A stretch of 63,905 bases of DNA, counting the filler. It is 5 parts of 5 records of this genome, joined end to end, with 100 filler letters (N's around TTAATTAATTAA, not from the genome) between each part and the next. Parts side by side here need not be neighbours in the genome. Positions count along the whole stretch, not along the records: positions 57,298 to 63,905 come from SRR20825006_1661; 4 more parts are not named here. The stretch is one strand, 5' to 3'. Of this stretch, positions 60,874 to 63,905 are shown piece by piece. The translations under genes and the position numbers were made by a program. The first letter of the stretch is position 1. Every line of letters starts with the position of its first letter. A model generated the notes under the pieces. That model was not told where the DNA came from. It was given only the letters and a program-made list of their open reading frames with translations, and searched no databases.

Positions 60874-62076
60874 ATGAACTTTATTTCGCCATCGCGTCCA
60901 AAACCCGGCATCGCGCACAGCATTTTCTCCTGTCTGAACAGGGATTCAACACGTGGCGTGGTCATACAGGCCGCAACGCTTGGCCTTGTGCTGGCAGTAC
61001 TTTTGTATCTGTTTTCAAATTCGGCACAGAACCTTGACAGGCTCGGTCTGAGTTTCGGGTTTGACTTTCTGCAAACGACCGCCGGCTTTGACATAAGCTG
61101 GAGCCTGATCGCCTATGACCCGAGTATGAGCTATTGGCGGGTCTTTCTGGTCGGGATCGTCAACACCCTGTTCCTGTCCTTCTGTGTCATTGTCTTTGGC
61201 ACCCTTATCGGCACCATTGTTGGCATTTTGCGCCTGTCCCATAACCCGTTGGTATCGCAACTGGCGCGTTGTTATGTCGAGGTGGTCCGCAATGTCCCGC
61301 TGCTGATCCAGATTATTTTCTGGTTCACCACCGTCTTTTCCGCCCTGCCGCCACCGCGCAGCGGTTACGGATTTGCCGGGCTGGTCTTTTTGAACAATCG
61401 CGGCTTTTACATGCCATCCGCCGTCACCGATATGTCCGGCTGGCTGATTGCGGCAGGAAGCCTGACTTTGTTTGGCACACTCTGGTTCCTGCTGCGTGGC
61501 ATACGTCGCCAGCAACGCCAGAACGGATCGGTCAGCCGTTCGTACCGGATTGCCTTTGCCCTCTGGGGGCTTGTGGTATGTGGCATGGCCCTGATCGTTG
61601 GCAGTTCATTGCGCTGGTCTGTACCCGCGTTGCAGGGCTTCAATATCGAGGGTGGCATGTTTTTGCCCTCGGCATTTGGCGCGGCCTTTATCGCAATGAC
61701 GGTTTACCGGTCCGCCGCCATTGCCGAAACCGTGCGTGCGGGTATGGAATCCATCAGCAAGGGACAACATGAAGCCGCCGCAACCATCGGCTTTTCACGG
61801 TTTCAGACGCTTCGCCTGATCCTGATTCCGCAGGCCGTTCGTGCCATTATTCCGCCGCTTGCCAATTCCTGGCTGGTCGCGACCAAGGATTCGTCGCTTG
61901 CCGTTGCCATCGGCTTTCCCGAACTGGTGTCGGTCTTTATGCAGACATCGGTCAACCAGACGGGGCGCGCGATCGAGATCATTACGATGGTGATGGGCTT
62001 TTACGTCGTGGTCAGTCTGATCATTTCATATCTGCTCAACAAATATAACGCCCACGTGCAAATCAAGGCGAGGTAA
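60874..62076 (+). CDS. aapQ: Amino-acid ABC permease (AapQ/BztB-like)
   Basis: GFDFL..AGFDI, RNVPLLIQ, EAA loop, KDSSLAVAIG. Confidence 0.85.
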   Translation: MNFISPSRPKPGIAHSIFSCLNRDSTRGVVIQAATLGLVLAVLLYLFSNSAQNLDRLGLSFGFDFLQTTAGFDISWSLIAYDPSMSYWRVFLVGIVNTLFLSFCVIVFGTLIGTIVGILRLSHNPLVSQLARCYVEVVRNVPLLIQIIFWFTTVFSALPPPRSGYGFAGLVFLNNRGFYMPSAVTDMSGWLIAAGSLTLFGTLWFLLRGIRRQQRQNGSVSRSYRIAFALWGLVVCGMALIVGSSLRWSVPALQGFNIEGGMFLPSAFGAAFIAMTVYRSAAIAETVRAGMESISKGQHEAAATIGFSRFQTLRLILIPQAVRAIIPPLANSWLVATKDSSLAVAIGFPELVSVFMQTSVNQTGRAIEIITMVMGFYVVVSLIISYLLNKYNAHVQIKAR

Positions 62077-62079
62077 GCA

Positions 62080-63423
62080 ATGTCTGAACAGAAGCTCAAA
62101 CATTTCGTTCCCACCCCGCCCCGCCTTCCGGCCACGAACGAGCAAAACCTGCTGCGTCGCATTCAAAAGCGCTGCTTTAACAGCATCGGCAACAGCCTGC
62201 TGACCATTTCGGTTCTGGTGCTGATCTATTATGTCGCGAAGTCGTTTCTTGACTGGGCTGTCTTCAACGCGGTGTGGAATGCGGCCACCCGGCGCGAATG
62301 CATGGATATAAGCCCGGATGGTGCCTGCTGGGCCGGTGTGATCGACTGGTTTAACGGCCTGATTTACGGGCGTTATCCGGATGAAGAACAATGGCGCGTC
62401 AATGGCGGTGTCATCATGGCGCTTTTGTGGTTATTGCCCCTGATGACCCGGCGCATTGCCTATCGCAATTCCATCCTGATCAGCTGGATCACCCTGTATC
62501 CGTTCCTTGGGGCCTATATGTTTCTTGGCGGCACCATCGGACAGGATGTCGGGATCATTCATATGATCTTTACGTCGCTGGCTGCGGGCTACTTCATCCT
62601 GCTGTATCTGAACTGGATGCTGTGTGCCGCCGGGCAGCCATCCCTGCCGGAAAGGCTGACACCGCTGACGTCAAAGCTGTTTCGGCGCGGGCAACATATG
62701 AACGGTTTCCTTTTGGTCTGGGCCGTTCTGTCGATCCTTTGCGGCGGCGTACTGGCGCAGGTGCATCTGGAACCGGTTCCGGTGGATCGTTGGGGCGGAT
62801 TGTTCCTCACACTGATCATTGCATCCTTTGCGATTACCATGTCCATTCCGGTCGGCATTCTGCTGGCACTCGGGCGACGCTCGAAACTACCGGTCATTCA
62901 CTGGCTATCGATGATGTTGATCGAACTGGTGCGCGCGGTGCCGCTGATTACCGTTCTGTTCATGGCCGTCACCCTTTTGCCGATCTTTTTGCCAAGCGGT
63001 GCCGAGCCCGACAAGCTGTCGCAAGTCCTGTTTGCGGTCTGCCTGTTTGCCGGGGCCTATATGGCCGAAAACATTCGCGGCGGCCTGCAAGCCATTCCCG
63101 ACGGCCAATATGAAGCCGCCCAGACACTGGGGCTTGGCTATTGGCTGACGATGGGCCTGATCATTCTGCCACAGGCCATGCGGCTGATGATCCCCAACAT
63201 CATGACATCCTTTATCAGCATGCTCAAAGACACGACCCTGGTTTCGATCATCGGCCTGTTCGACATCATGCTGATGGCGCGCAATATCTCCAACGACAAA
63301 AACTGGATCGGCCTGCATACAGAGCCGCTTGCCCTGATTTCGATCCTGTTCTTTGTGATGTGCTACGGCATGTCGCAATACAGCCTGAACCTTGAAAAAC
63401 GACTGAAAGCGCATCGCTCATGA
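62080..63423 (+). CDS. aapM: Amino-acid ABC permease (AapM/BztC-like)
   Basis: GACW, YGRYP..EQWR, WGGLFLT, GQYEAA, KDTTLV. Confidence 0.85.
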   Translation: MSEQKLKHFVPTPPRLPATNEQNLLRRIQKRCFNSIGNSLLTISVLVLIYYVAKSFLDWAVFNAVWNAATRRECMDISPDGACWAGVIDWFNGLIYGRYPDEEQWRVNGGVIMALLWLLPLMTRRIAYRNSILISWITLYPFLGAYMFLGGTIGQDVGIIHMIFTSLAAGYFILLYLNWMLCAAGQPSLPERLTPLTSKLFRRGQHMNGFLLVWAVLSILCGGVLAQVHLEPVPVDRWGGLFLTLIIASFAITMSIPVGILLALGRRSKLPVIHWLSMMLIELVRAVPLITVLFMAVTLLPIFLPSGAEPDKLSQVLFAVCLFAGAYMAENIRGGLQAIPDGQYEAAQTLGLGYWLTMGLIILPQAMRLMIPNIMTSFISMLKDTTLVSIIGLFDIMLMARNISNDKNWIGLHTEPLALISILFFVMCYGMSQYSLNLEKRLKAHRS

Positions 63424-63905
63424 CTCTGTCTGATCCGCAGGCACCGGCAGGCAAACTGTCCCGCCCGGCCATTGAAATCGATAACCTGAACAAATGGTTT
63501 GGATCCTATCACGCATTGCGTGACGTCTCCCTGACCGTTGGCGAGCAGGAAATCATGGTGGTGTGCGGCCCCTCTGGCTCCGGCAAGTCCACTTTGATCC
63601 GTTGCCTCAATCATCTTGAGGAATATCAGGAGGGCCGGATTTGCGTCTTCGGGCAGGAACTTGCCCGCGACCAGAAAAGTGACCGGTTCATTCATCAAAC
63701 CATGGGCATGGTATTTCAGAACTTTAATCTGTTTCCCCATCTGACGGTTTTACAGAACTGCACGCTTGGCCTGACATGGTTGCGCAAGAAAACCGAAAGC
63801 GAAGCCCGCGATATCGCCATGGGATTGCTTGAACGTGTTGGCATCGAGCATCTTGCGGATCGCTTCCCCGGGCAGCTCTCCGGCGGTCAGCAACAGCGCG
63901 TGGCG
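63420..63905 (+). CDS. aapP: Amino-acid ABC ATPase (AapP/BztD-like), 3'-truncated; absent from the ORF track
   Basis: My translation from ATG 63420: NLNKWFG, GPSGSGKST, VFQNFNLFPH, LSGGQQQRVA. Confidence 0.92.
   Translation, partial: MTLSDPQAPAGKLSRPAIEIDNLNKWFGSYHALRDVSLTVGEQEIMVVCGPSGSGKSTLIRCLNHLEEYQEGRICVFGQELARDQKSDRFIHQTMGMVFQNFNLFPHLTVLQNCTLGLTWLRKKTESEARDIAMGLLERVGIEHLADRFPGQLSGGQQQRVA

Overview
The window is not one locus. It is five contig fragments joined by artificial 100-nt spacers (N44-TTAATTAATTAA-N44) at 9838-9937, 30775-30874, 41920-42019 and 57198-57297. Taxonomic labels below are inferences from gene content and style. (1) 1-9837, marine alphaproteobacterium (Thalassospira-like): OmpA/MotB protein, orphan lipoprotein, benE, and a Crp/Fnr-pdo-(DUF442-SQR)-sulP sulfide/persulfide oxidation cluster. 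(2) 9938-30774, Rhodopirellula-like planctomycete: Tat-exported Gfo/Idh/MocA enzymes, PVC-type heme protein, sulfatase, Tex, an unpartnered DNA-repair radical SAM gene and DUF1559. (3) 30875-41919, Rhizobiales-like: broken tRNA-Lys, ccdA, metY, an inverted pair of perfect DnaA boxes, a GGDEF protein, clpP-clpX-lon-hup and an FMN riboswitch. (4) 42020-57197, GC-rich Myxococcota/Bradymonadales-like contig: regBA, amtB-glnK, S9 peptidase and the most novel material. (5) 57298-63905, alphaproteobacterial M23 peptidase, LysR regulator and an Aap/Bzt-type amino-acid ABC transporter. The best candidate for an undescribed system is in segment 4. Four genes share an N-terminal 'FG(D/E)xRS...Y...H' module that I cannot assign to a named family. 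It is fused either to RI-like leucine-rich repeats or to a putative SMI1/KNR4(SUKH)-like domain. The latter genes form a tandem array whose junctions map to a 9-bp microhomology (GCAGCGCGC) and carry frame-preserved, diverged fragments of both flanking genes. No CRISPR array, transposase or integrase was seen.
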